NCBI GenBank assembly: GCA_013239625.1
Contig: MU054132.1
Location: 930,001 to 992,000, forward strand
Reading direction: 5' to 3'
Source of the DNA: Lama guanicoe
Lineage: Eukaryota
DNA length: 62,000 nucleotides
This document shows positions 37,762 to 50,527 of the stretch, piece after piece. A program made the translations under genes and the position numbers. A model generated the notes under the pieces. The model was not told where the DNA came from. It saw only the letters and a list, made by a program, of their open reading frames with translations, and ran no database searches. The number at the start of each line of letters is the position of its first letter. Positions within the stretch are counted from its first letter, which is position 1.

Positions 37762-38398
37762 ACCTACCATATGACCCAGGAATTCCGCTCCTGGGCATAC
37801 ATCCAGAAGGAACCCTACTTCAAAATGACACCTGCACTCCAATGTTCATAGCAGCATTATTTACAATAGCCAAGACATGGAAACTGCCTAAATGTCCATC
37901 AACAGATGACTGGATAAAGAAGATGTGGTATATTTATACAATGGAATACTACTCAGCCATAAAAACCAACAACATAACACCATTTGCAGCAACATGGATG
38001 CTCCTGGAGAATGTCATTCTAAGTGAAGTAAGCCAGAAAGAGAAAGAAAAATACCATATGAGATCGCTCATATGTGGAATCTAAAAAATCAAACAAACTA
38101 AGCATAAATACAAAACAGAAATAGACTCATAGACATAGAATACAAACTTGTGGTTGCCAAAGTGGCGGAGGGTGGGAACGGATACACGGGATTTCAAAAT
38201 TGTAGAATAAACAAGATTATACTGTATAGCACAGGGAAATATACACAAGATCTTATGGTAGCTCACAGAGAAAAAAATGTGACAATGAATATATATATGT
38301 TCATGTATAACTGAAAAATTGTGCTTTACACTGGAATTTGACACAACTTTTTAAAATGATTATAAATCAATAAAAAATGTTAAAAAAAAAAACCAAAC
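37762..38398 (+). mobile_element. Young 5'-truncated LINE-1 (ORF2 C-terminus + 3' UTR + polyA)
   Basis: Open LPYDPGIPLLGI...WIKKMWYIYTMEYYSAIK...ICGI* ending at 38084. Perfect 17-bp TSD aacttcttattcctcac at 37745-37761 and 38399-38415; TT|AAAA site. Confidence 0.95.
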
Positions 38399-39736
38399 AA
38401 CTTCTTATTCCTCACTCCTCTTAAAGTCTCTAACTTTATCCTTTACTTATTTTTCACTCCCATTTTTAACTTAAGAACATTTTATTTTACATATGCTTTT
38501 AAACCACCTTACATCTTTTCGGATATAAGCATCTCACTGTACTGGCACATAAAGCAAGTTCCATAACATGTGACTTAGCAAATTATTTCACTTTAAGATT
38601 CTGTCCTCAAGAGTCCAGGTTAGGACTTAGGATATACATAAGCTGAACAAGAAAACCAGTAGAGAAGAGTTCCAACTGGGAATCTAGGCAACCCATATAT
38701 ATAATAAAGAGGCATCCTGTCAATCCTACGTCAAGGAATATCCTGGGAAGACCTGTAACACCAGAGTTGGAAAGAGAATGGAAAAACACAAATTCTCTGC
38801 TCATTTAATCAATTAGTCAATGTCTTACAAAAAGTTCTGGCAAATTTGCACATAAATCACTCTCTATTTACTATAAATCAACTATTTATGTATGAATTTG
38901 TCCTGATTTTTGATATGACTACTCATTTACATTTCTCAGCTATAAAGTATTGGATTAGCTTAACTTTTATATTAAAGCACATGAATTACATGAATGTCTT
39001 TCATGAAAAGATGCTAAGATTATAAACCACACAACAGAACTAGAACCACCAACCAATTTTAAGTCAATACACGCTAACAACCCCTCAACCCCATCCCATC
39101 ACCCTTGAACTCAGAACCATCATCATTAAACACTCCACCAGTCCTAGCAGCTGAACTTCCCACACTGAGATGGTAGAAACCCCAAAGTTTAAAAAAAGGA
39201 AGAAATCACCAACAGACACAGGGTGAGAAAAGGGAAAAGAGTGAAAGGAGAAGCACCACTGTAGGAACAACAGCAGAGGCTCATCCTAGCTCCACTTCTG
39301 TCCTCGTCACCATCTGTACTCCAGGGAGCCAGACACCTTCCATCTGTGCCCTGAGGAGGGCACACTGCATGACTGACTCTCAACACTTAAAACTGCTTTC
39401 TGTCAGCACAGTATCAGTTCATTATATAATTCACATTTCACAGTGAGTCTACCTTCCAATCTGCTAATAACACACACCCATCTATTATTATCTACGCACA
39501 AGCATGTATGAGAAATAATTTGCCAACAGTTGTTGGATATTTTTCTTGGACAAAGACACAAGGCAAATTAGGGCTCTAGATAAATGACAACTTACTTTGC
39601 ATATTAACCATAACATATAGAATATATATATATAACCATAATATATAGAATTCTCCAATACCATATAAAAAACAGGATTCAACATTAAGTAACTTAAATA
39701 TCACATCAAAACATGCAAATAAACATAAAAACTTAC

Positions 39737-39822
39737 CATCCCTGTTCATTTTTATATTTGTAAGCAGCCCCAAGAATGTGACACAAGGTGCCTCCAGCTT
39801 TGAAATCCATGAAACATTTTGC
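39737..39822 (-). CDS. SMARCC1: SMARCC1 exon 3 (86 nt)
   Basis: ttttag|AKCFMDFKAGGTLCHILGAAYKYKNEQG(W)|gtaagt. Confidence 0.97.
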
Positions 39823-40033
39823 CTAAAAATGATACAAGGTATACATGAGAAAAATAAAAGTTCTGACAAAATTACTCATGTCTGAATTCTAAGCTTTATA
39901 AACTCAAAGATATAAACTGCTTATTTAATACCTCTTTAAACACTTTCTAGAATAAAATACAAAGAAACTTTCCTAAAAGTGGATATAAAAATTTTAACAG
40001 TCTATGAAAAACAAGATTTACAATAGATAAATC

Positions 40034-40072
40034 AAAATGTTTCATTAGAAAAAAAAATGTTTCATTAGAAAA
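40034..40072. repeat. 20-bp-period direct duplication
   Basis: aaaatgtttcattagaaaa occurs twice, joined through an A-run. Confidence 0.9.
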
Positions 40073-40554
40073 CACTAATGGACAAAATTCTGATATATTC
40101 CAAACCCCTCTGGTGAATTTAAACTTTAACTTTTAAAACATACAAAATTCCAGTAACACATAATTTCCACAATACAATTTTCCTGTAGAATAAGAAATAT
40201 TAGCATACACTAAAATTTTTCCCCCAATTTAGGTTCCTAACTTTAAGTTACAGAAAAATTATAACTGACCTCGTTATAGTATTTTAATGACCACTGAAAC
40301 ATGGTATAACTAAATTTAGCACTACATAAACCTATAGCTAAAAATCTGCACAACAATCTAAAAGAGATTTGCAATTTATGGATTATAACAATAGAACTCA
40401 AATAAATGCTGAATGATTTCCATATTATGGAAGTAAAAACTTAACATAAAATGATCATCAAATAGGTTAATAAAATGAAGTGTTAGAAATACACCATGCA
40501 TCTTCTCCTTTGAAAACTATTATTACAACATAATATAATGAAAAGAACTGCATG

Positions 40555-40800
40555 ACAGCAAATAATAAGAGACAGAAAATAGAATGGTGGTTGGTAGGGG
40601 TTGGGGAGGAGAGGAATGGACAGTTACTGTTTAATAGGTACAGTTTCAGTTTGGGAAAATGACAAAGTTCTAGGGATGGACAGTAGTGATGGTTGTACAA
40701 TAATGTAAATGTACTTAAATGTAACTGACCTATACACTTAAAAATGACTGAAACAGAAAATTTTATGTTATGTTTATTTTACTACAATGAAAAATAAATA
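40555..40800 (+). mobile_element. L1MB-type 3' end
   Basis: agagacagaaaatagaatggtggttg...tttaataggtacag...gatggttgtacaataatgtaaatgtactt. Confidence 0.8.
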
Positions 40801-43800
40801 TAAGATACAAGATGAACTCTTCCAAATTAAGCAGACAAGTTAGCCCTCCAGGTCAGTCTGGTTATCCTGCTGCTTTTTAAATACACGGGTTTCCAAGTTC
40901 CTAATTTTTTCTCCAATATTCCTGTTACATCCCAAAAGCTGTATCACATATTCCTAAACAAATACATCTGGGTGCAATTCTTTATCATTAACAACCTGTT
41001 ATTTATCTGACAAAAGGAACAAGACATTACAATTCTGTAGTGTTGACACTTAAATCAGAACAATATGCTAGGAAGGTACCTACTAGAGTAGAATAAGACT
41101 TAGTTCTCCTGCTAAGCTTTTCCCAAACTCCCCGCCAAGACTAAGCTAAAATGCTCTCTCCAACCCCAACATGCATATCACCATTGCACACACGCAAACC
41201 CCTCACAGCATAATACTAAAATGACTGGTTTGTAGATTTATCTGTAATATGAACTCCTTGAGGACAGGAACAATGTCTTATTCAAATCTTTAACATCAAT
41301 ATTCAGCAAAGTGCCTGACAGTGTAGGTAACACATAAAAATTTTCAACAGTTTAAGCATACTAAAATCATTTAAAAATTCAAATCCATGCTACTAAGAAA
41401 TATATATTGAGCAGATCACAACAATAAAACATCTTTACACGTAATTCAAGGTTAAGGTCAATTTCTGGACAGATATTTGATTTGAGGAATTCAAACACTA
41501 TCAGATACACACTTTAGACAGACAAAATAACTTCTATCAACCAGTACTAGGACAAGTAATGAATGAAGTAGAAAACTGAGAGCTTCAATCTTCCAGTGGT
41601 AAAAGGAAAAGAGGGAGACTCACGAACCTGTCAAGGGCACTAGTTCCAGTTACAATGTGCAACAAGGAAAATATCCTTAAAGAGGTGATGGAGAAAAAGA
41701 AATCAGAACGGGAACTTGCAAAACATCAAAGATTCTTAGAGCTTGCACAGAAATGGATTTGGGATTCCGGTCCTCATGACAAGAATCAGAAGTACCCACA
41801 TAAAAGAGTAGCAGACCAGGCTCGGGACGGAAAGCTGAAGGCAGAGACAAGAGACTTCTCAGGGTCACCTAAGGGCCCTGACTTGACTTCCTCACTCAAC
41901 CCTCACCCCAACTAACCAACCCTGAAGAGGCTGTGCTCTAACTGCTGCTAAATGTGGTTCATATTCTTAAACATTCTGTTTAATCTGTGTTAAACACAGA
42001 TTGTTAAGAGTAAATTCCTCTTGAAATTTACTAAAGAACAAAAGGGCAAGAGGGTACCGAAACTTGAGCTCCAGAGCCAGCAAGGTCCTGCCTCATGTGT
42101 TATCTCAGCAGCTACAAACTCCAATTAGGAGGTCAGGGACAGCTCTAACAGGCTGCTTCTATTTCCAGCTGTGAGCACGATGCTTTTGATAAGCTGTTCT
42201 ATCTCTAAGTTGGAAATTCAATCCAATCTTACTCTGGATGTATGTAAGTGGCCTCAAAATTCTGCTGAGCTGAATGAAACCTAAAAAAGGTAAGTCTAAC
42301 TGCAATACTTAAAAGCGCTTTAAATCTGTGCCACCGTGTCCTTGTTCCTTTATTTTTTTGACATTCATTAAAGACAAGGTAGTGCTAACAAGGGATAAAA
42401 AGGAGAAGAATGTTATATCTTTGTGTGGGTAAAGTATACACATTTATAACGTCATGTTTTGGTCTATTAATGAACAAATGATTGTACCAGAAAGTGTATG
42501 TGAGGAAGAGAATAAAGGAGCAGAAACTAAATATGTCCAAGAAACCAAGAAAATCAGTCATCTTCATACCTTGAAATAGCTATGGGTAAAAAAAAAATCA
42601 CTTACATTCACCAGAACCCTTTCACCTCACAAAGTACAATAACAGTCAAATATTTCACAAGTTAATATATTTTAACTGCTTTGGAGTTAAAATAATGCTT
42701 TCTAGAAGTAATTCCCAGGTTTATTAATAAGAGAAATTAAAATAGTCTTAAAATTAGCACCTCTAATCACAGGTAATTACTGATGTAGTGTTCTTAGTCT
42801 TGGGAAGAACAAAAACTATTATCATTCCTTCCAATACTGAGACTTTACCACGCAGCACTTTATATACATAACCTCATTTACTCCTCCCAACAACCCTACG
42901 AAGCTGACTTTCTTCACCATGTTTTACTGTTGAAAAGATGTTGCTAGCTCTAGCAATATGGCAGACTAACCAAAAAACCCTACTACTAAAAATGTTGGAT
43001 AAAATATACAGACATTATTTTAGATGTGAAGGTGAATTAGAAAGAAAATAAATTGCCAGGTGCAAAAATCAAAGGAAAAAGAAATTCAAACTAAAAGTCA
43101 AAGTGGCAAATCTTGTGAGGTAAAAACTACAACTATAAAGTGACAGGGGACTGAGGATAATGAAATTAAATAGGCAAGTAATATTTACCTTGATAACCTA
43201 AGTGCTAGGGTTTCACTGTCTCTTCAAGGACAGAAATTAAGACTGTAGACCTAAGCAAGGAGGATGTTATAACCACAGACACATATAAAGCCAGGGATAT
43301 CAATACTGTACCATTAGAGAAAGGACAAGCTAGGAAAAGCATCAGCCAGTCAAAAACTAAGGAGGAAAACAAGCTCCCATCTCAAGATAATCTAAATTTG
43401 GAATGTACAGTAACCACTGAGTCTAGGAACTCCATGCCAAATTAACATAAAAATTGGTCCTAAAATTGGTGTGTCCTCTAAAGCGCCTTAAGGAGAAAAT
43501 TCTCAGCCCAGGTCTATAGGATTCCCAGATAAACTTCCACTTAAAGAGAACTGACAGGCCAAAATTCAAACATGCAAAGAAACAAAACACAATTAAGTAT
43601 CTGTAAGTCAACAGACAAAACAAACAGCAAGACAAGAATCCTAACATTTTCAGATAATAGACAAAACTTAGTAGGGCTTGCAAAATTAGAATACATAAAA
43701 TGATTAAAGACACTAAAAAGGGAGAAATATTTGAAAAATATATAATTAGAACTAACAGAATAAATAACATTCAATAAAGGCAAAAGCATAATTGTCAGGT

Positions 43801-44046
43801 TATACAGTGGATTAGATACAGAAGAATAAAAGCCAAAATTTCCTAGAAATTTTAAAGAATATAAGTGCTCAGCTTCAAGAAACACATCAGTTTCAAGGAA
43901 TGTATTAAAAATTTTAAACTTTTTTTTTTTTTTACAAAACATACATATATAAAATAACCTACACCTGGACACACCATAGTGCAACTGTGAACCAGCAAAG
44001 ACAAAGAGATCTTAAAAGCAAGAAGGGGAAATAAACAAAAAATTCC

Positions 44047-44212
44047 AGTAAGTTTTACTGGAGCAGAGTCACATTCACTGTCTGTGGCTACTTTCACACA
44101 ACAACAGAAAAGATCAGAATTTGCAGCAGAGGCAGTATATTTAGCATCTGACCTTTTGCAGATAAAAATATTTACTATTTAGCCTTTCACAGAAATAGTA
44201 GACTGGTCCCTG
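44047..44212 (+). mobile_element. MER58-like fragment
   Basis: aagttttactgga...tgtctgtggctactttc...aaaatatttactat...ggtccctg. Confidence 0.6.
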
Positions 44213-44832
44213 CTCTACATTACAATTGAGAATCTCTGTTCATCAAAAGGCATCATCATGAGAGTAAAAGGATAAGATACCAAGAAGATGCTTGGAATAA
44301 ATATTTCTGACATAGGACCCATATCCAGAATACATAAGAAAAAAATTTCACAAAAAAAAAGAGAGAGAGAGAGATGGATGACTGGGCTTTTTTTTTTTTT
44401 TAATGTGCAGAACATTTAAATAGGCACTTCACTAAAGAGAATAGTCCAACTGTCAATAAATATGACAGGGTACTCAACTTCATTAGTCATTAGCAACTAC
44501 AAAAAAAAGCACACCAAAAAATTAAATAAAAAAGACAACTTCTAAGCACTGGTGAGAAAGCAGGGAATTTCATCCTCTTATACACTGTCTGTGGGAGTAT
44601 AAATTGGCAGTATCTGCTAAAGCTGAACATATACCCCTTGCAACCCAGCAATTCCATTCCTTGGAATGTAACTAATAGAAACATCTACATTTACCACAAG
44701 ACATATGTAAAAATATTCATAGCAGCACTATTTCTAACAGCCCTAAACTGGAAATTAGCCCAAAAGCCCATTAATGGGAGAATAGATAAATTAAGCATAG
44801 TACTCCATTGTAGAATGTGCAATACTATGCAA

Positions 44833-45030
44833 CATGGATTGCCAAATTATGACCAAGCTGCCCGTTTTTAAAAATAAATTTTCATTTGAACACAGTCATA
44901 CCTACTCATTTGGGTATTGTCTTTGGCTGCTCTTATGTGACAACATAGTTGGGCAGTTGTGACAGAGTCTGTATGCATGTAAGCCTAAAATATTTACCAT
45001 CTGTCCCGTTAAAAAACAATTGCCCCCTCC
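44833..45030 (+). mobile_element. MER58A-like DNA transposon
   Basis: gaacacagtcat...tattgtctttggctgct...gttgtgacagag...gcctaaaatatttacc. Confidence 0.7.
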
Positions 45031-48000
45031 CCAAAAAATTGCCAAACCTTTAAACAGCAAACAGAATGAACAAACTGCAACTACAAGTAATAACATGGAG
45101 GAACTTTACAAATGTGATGTTGCCTATATACTTAAAAAATATTAAGTCATGAATGGCAAAAACATAAGCTGACCTATTTTAAATTAATTAAGACTAAACA
45201 GACATAACTAAATAAAATGTGTGATCTTAGTTTGGATCTCATAAAAACATTTTTGAGGTAACTGGTGAAATGTGAAGACAGATTGCCAACATCACAGCAA
45301 AGGGCCATCAGTCAATAAATACATACTAAATACTTGCAGTGAGTAAGAAGGTGAAGTCTTATCAACGTCCAGTTGATAAAATTTGGCTTCAATTCAAAGG
45401 GCATTACAGTTTTGTTTATCCTCAGGTTCAGTCACTAAAGCTCATTTACACAAAATACACTGTCCCTTGGAATGTAAGTTGAAGAGAAACAAAGCACACA
45501 GCTTTTTGGGGCCTTCCTTTAGAGCTGGAGGTGATAGCAAGCTAGTATAATAAATGTTTCAATAATATGTATGCCTGACATCTACATTTTTATCTTCACT
45601 TTTGCTATGCAAGCCAACAATCTACTTTTCATGTCTTTTAAGTACTACACACTACTTCTAATTTCTCAAAAAGCCTTTATCACACATCTTGTGACTCTAA
45701 CAACTACGCCATGGCATCAGCAGAGCAAGGAACACTTTCCCAGAAATGGTAGTACAGGTTGAAGTGCCTTCCCACAAGGTTGCAGAGTGGTAGGACACGG
45801 CCATTTAAGTCCTAAGCCCAGTCCATAATACCTGGTTCAAGAAACTAACTGGAAGAGATTTGGTAAGTTACATTATTTCATCTTAAGAAATGAATGAGCT
45901 TTATTTTAGGCAAAATCAACTACTTTTAACCTCTGTCAAGACTGCTGACTTCTGACTTTTTATCTCTGATCTCCAAAACCTAAAATGATGCTTTAAAAAA
46001 AAGTTATAGGACACATACTGAGCTAAGTATCCATGCCAACCTTCCAGCTGAAGAGAACTAAAAACTATGGGTAAAAATACACAAAACATCTTCTAATAAA
46101 AGTAAAACAGGAAATCTTTGAGACACCTTGGTTGACCATGAAGATAACACAACAGAGACACATCAGTGACAACAGATTACAAAGAATATAGTCTTTGCCA
46201 AAACAGCATCAAATGGCCAGAGGCTTCATCAAGCAACAACAGCAAGCTTTGGGGAGAGGGGAGAATCTGATTACCAGAGCTAGCACATTATAATACTCAA
46301 ACTGTCCTGTTCTTAACAAAAAATTACACAGCATACAAATAGCAAAGTATGGCCCATTCACAGGGGGAAAAAATTGAGAGAAATGATCCCAGAGGAAAGA
46401 TGAAAGAACAAAGAAAGATGAACAGAGCTAAGGGATCTGTGGGACACCATAAAACTTACCAATATACACATTATGGGAGTCCCAGAACAGAGAAAAGAAC
46501 AAAAAATATATGAAGAAATTATGGCCAAAACTTTCCAAATGTCATGAAACGTATGAACATACAAGTTCAACAAACTCCAAGCAGAATAAACTAAAAAAGA
46601 TCCACACCAAAATAAATCATAATCAAAATATCGGCAGATAAAGAATCTTAAGAAGCAATGAGAGAAGTGACCCATCATATACAAGAAACTCTCAATAAGA
46701 GTAACAGTTAATTTCTATTCAGACACTATGGAGGCCAGAGGCAGTAAAAGGACATATTTTAAGTGCTAAAAGAAAAATAAACTGCTAATCACAAAGTGTA
46801 TCCTGAAAAACTGCCCTTCAAAAATGGAGATGAGAAGAGGCTCCACATCATAGGTCATAAGGGAAATGAAAATTGAAATAATGAGCTACCATTACACACC
46901 CAGAATTAGGATGGCCCAAACCCAGAACACCAACAACACCAAATGCTTTGAGGAATGGACTACTACTCAGTGTTAAAAAGAAATGAGTTAGCCAGCAATG
47001 AAAAGAAACTGAAGAACTTTAAATGCATACTATTAAGTGAAAGTAGTCAACCTGAAAAAACTATATACTATATATTCCAATTATATGACAATCTGGAAAA
47101 GGCAAAACTATGGAGATAATAAAACAATCTGCAGTTGTCAGGAGTTACTGGGGGAAGAAGGGATGAACAGGCAGAGCACAGGACCTTTAGGGCAGTGAAA
47201 CAATCCTGTATACTGTAACGATGGGTACATATCATCATACATTTCTCTAAACCTGCAGAATGTCCAACACCAAGAGTGAATCCTAATCTAAATCATGGAT
47301 GTTAGATGTCAATGCAAGTTCATCAACTAACAAATGTACTGCTTCGATGCTGGATTTTGAGGGCAGGGAATATATGGGAAATTCCTATACACCTACTCCA
47401 TTGTGCTGTGAACCTAAAACTGCTCTAAAAAAGAGTAAGATAATATTATGAACTTTATGTTAACGTCAATGTAAATGAAACTGACAAATTTCTTGAAAAA
47501 TCCAACTCACCAAAACTAACATAAGAAACAGAATCTAATCCTTCTGTTAAAGAAAATGAATTGGTTATTAAAACCTTCCCACAAAGAAAACTCCAGGCCC
47601 AAATAACTTCACTAGTGAACTCTGAAATAGTCAAGGAAGAAATAACTCAATCTTAATAAAACTTATACCAGCAAATCAAAACCAGTAATACATAAAAAGG
47701 ATAATGTATCATGATCACATAGGGTTTATCCTGAAACACCAGGCTAACTGAAAAATCCATGAGTGAATGAAATTCACCATGTTAACAAAATAAAGAAGAA
47801 AAGCCTTTTTTTGATCACCTCAAAAGATGCAGAAACCACATGACAAAATTCAAGTCATTCACAATAAAAGTTCTCAGCAAACGAGGAATAGTAGGTAACT
47901 TCCACAACCTGAATTAAAGTCATACATGAATACTCCACAGCGAACATCATAATAGTGCAAAACGATGTTTTTCCACTAAGAAAAAGAATAAGGTTAGAAT

Positions 48001-48347
48001 TCCTGCCTTGACCATTCTATTCAATGAGTCAAAGGTGCTACCCAGTGCAATGACACAAGCAAAAGAAAGAAAAAGCATAAAGAAAAGGAAAACAGAAAAC
48101 TTATAAAGTCATAGTAATCTAAAATTTAGTATGAGCAAAAAGATGGACATTTAGATCAATAGGAGAAAACAGAATCCAGATATGGACCCACATATATCTG
48201 GTAAACTGACTTTCAACAAATGTGCCAATGCAATTCAAAGAAAGAACATCTTTTCAATAAATGGTGGCTTTAAAATAACTGGGTATCTATATTGAAAGGA
48301 GAATGTCAGCTCTTACCTCATACTATACATAAAAATTAACCTAAGAA

Positions 48348-48462
48348 GGTGAGGATACAGCAAGTGGTAGAGCACATGCTTAGCATGCATGAGGTTCTGG
48401 GTTCAATCCCCAGTACCTCCCTCTAAAAATAAATAAATAAACCTAATTACCTTCCCCACCCC
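48348..48462 (+). mobile_element. Vic-1-like tRNA-derived SINE nested in an old L1
   Basis: gtggtagagcacatgcttagcatgcatgaggttctgggttcaatccccagtacctcc...acctaattaccttcccc. Confidence 0.87.
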
Positions 48463-48748
48463 GGCAGGAGAGAACTTAAATCTATAAAACTTCTAGAAGA
48501 AAATAAAGGAAATAGTCTATGACTTTGGGATATGCAAAGGTTTCTTAGAACATAAAAAGCACAAATCACTAACAATCAATAAACTGACTTCATCAAAACT
48601 CAAAACTTTTGCTCATGCAAAAACACTGATAAGAAACAAAAAGTCAAACCACAAACTGGGATGAAATATTTGCAATATATATATATTATAAAGAACTTAT
48701 ATCCAGAATATATAGACATTAAAAAAAACTTACTTAAAAAAAAAAAAC

Positions 48749-49301
48749 TGTACAGAAAAGAACACAGCAGACCTGAGATTACTATTCTCAGTAAGGCCAG
48801 CTTGCCAGTTTGCCCTTGGCTGGCATCTGGGAATTTGACTCTCAGAGTATTCCTAGTCAACAGTTAACAGGTAAGGTGGGTGGTTTACTATGCCTAGACT
48901 ATTTGTGCAAACAATGTGGTTTATGATGAATACCTACTTTCCTTCTGGGAGTCCAAAACTATGTGCCGGGCAAAAGGTACTAACCCCCAATAAAAACCTT
49001 GAGAGTGAGTCTCTAAGGGTTTCCACGGGCAGAAACATTGCATACGTGCTGCCACATTTTCATTGCTGGGGGAAGAGTGAATGTTGTGTGACCCGTCACA
49101 TGAGGAAGAGAACATAAGGGAGCCTGCAGCAAGAATGCCTGCAGACTATACCAGCATCTTTTTGCCTTATGATCTGGCTACATATACTTACTACACTGCT
49201 GTACCAAATCTTAGTTTTGAGTACAACTATATGCTGAGTTCCATGAATCCCAGCAAATCTCTAAATGAAATCTCTAAATGTGGGGGTGGTCTTTAGGACC
49301 A
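48749..49301 (+). mobile_element. Solo ERV-type LTR (MER21/MER34-like, family uncertain)
   Basis: Starts TG (tgtacagaaaag...cccttggctggcatctgggaa); interrupts an old L1 ORF2; related to 1455-1886. Confidence 0.7.
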
Positions 49302-50409
49302 AATTAAAAAATTACTTGACTAGGAAATGCACAAAAGATGTACAAATGATCAATAAGCAAATAAAAGAAATGTTTAACATCATCAGCAAATTAAAAAGCG
49401 TGAGATTCCACTACATACCCGTAAGAATGAATAACAATTTAAAGACTAATTATAACAACTGTTGAAAAGAACGCAAAGGAACTTGAACTCTCATACACTG
49501 CTGGATGGATGTAAAATGATATAACCACTTCAGAGTGTCAAGACAGTTTGAAAGTTAAATGTTACCAACGATATGACCCAAACATTCCACTCCTACCTAT
49601 TTACTGAGGGGAAACGAAAACATGTCCACAAAAAGACTTGGACATTAACATAGACAGCAGCTTTACTTTAAAGCTGGAAACCCAAATTTCTGTCAAAGAG
49701 TGAAAGGATAAATAAACTGTGGTTTATCCTTACAACAGAATACTAATCAACAATAAAAAGGAACAAACTATCAATACAAAGAACAACACAGATGACACAT
49801 AACTCAACATCCATACACTAAGTGAAAGAAGCAAGGCAAAAAAAAAAAAGAACATACAATGTGTGATTCCATTTACAGAAATTTCATGAAATTATAAATG
49901 AATCTGTAGTGTCAATAATTGCCAAGGGACAGGTGGAAGGGAGATGGATTACAAGGCAATTTTTAAGGTTGAGGGAAATGTTCACTATCTGAAGTTATAC
50001 TTTAAATATGTACATTTACTGTACATCAATCATACCTCAGTAAAGCTGGAGAGGGAAACATTATAAGAAAAGAGGAAAATGAAAAAAAAGTAAAAGTAAG
50101 AAATATGTTGAATAAATAAAACCACCCAAATAAACTAGAAATACATCAGTGAACGAAGATTTATACTAGTGAATCCACATGGTATGGATGAGACCACAGA
50201 TCTGCCGTTAACATCAGTCATATGGTTTTCTAGAGCCCTGGGCAACACCTGGCCAGCATGTCTTCTGCCTGGCACACAGGTCCAGGCCTGCAACACAACC
50301 ACCCACACTTGGCAGTCCACGAACTCTACCTGGTCTGCTAGATCATTTGGGCTCACTGCCCCTGCCAGTGGTTAATGACAAGGGCCAGAAGCTAAATGAT
50401 TAGATTTTT

Positions 50410-50527
50410 TTCATGGGGGGAGAGGTAACCAGGTTTATTTATTTTTTTAAAATAGAGGTATTGTGGATTGAACCCAGGACCGTGTGCATGCTAAGCATGC
50501 ACTCCACCACTGAGCTATACCCTCCCC
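50410..50527 (-). mobile_element. Vic-1-like tRNA-derived SINE
   Basis: Reverse complement of the same element; TSD tga(t/c)tagattttt at 50397-50409 and 50528-50540. Confidence 0.88.

Larger units (their letters stand above)
42945..45130 (+). mobile_element. Old L1 remnants (5'/ORF1 and ORF2 3' pieces) with nested MER58 copies
   Basis: cacctggacacaccatagtgcaactg...caaagacaaagagatcttaaaagca; cccagcaattcca...ttcatagcagcactatt. Confidence 0.6.
46020..50050 (+). mobile_element. Compound old L1 block (ORF1, nested 3' end, ORF2, 3' UTR) interrupted by a SINE and an LTR
   Basis: gggatctgtgggacaccat...; gaaaactccaggcccaaataacttcactagtgaa; tatgacccaaacattccactcct; catacctcagtaaagctg. Confidence 0.7.

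Noticed and set aside
37611..38084. 157-aa ORF as a novel chimeric gene
   Set aside because: The C-terminal two-thirds is L1 ORF2 inside a TSD-bounded insertion; the upstream ATG in frame is most simply chance, with no promoter or splice evidence.
41655..41915. 86-aa charged, helix-like ORF antisense in intron 2
   Set aside because: No recognisable homology, and no polyA/TSD of a retrocopy; the length is within chance for purine-rich sequence. A tBLASTn/PhyloCSF hit would reopen it.
1455..49301. Two related same-orientation LTRs as the ends of one provirus
   Set aside because: They are 47 kb apart with host exons between them, clearly diverged from each other, and each is nested in a different older repeat; no gag/pol/env sequence seen.
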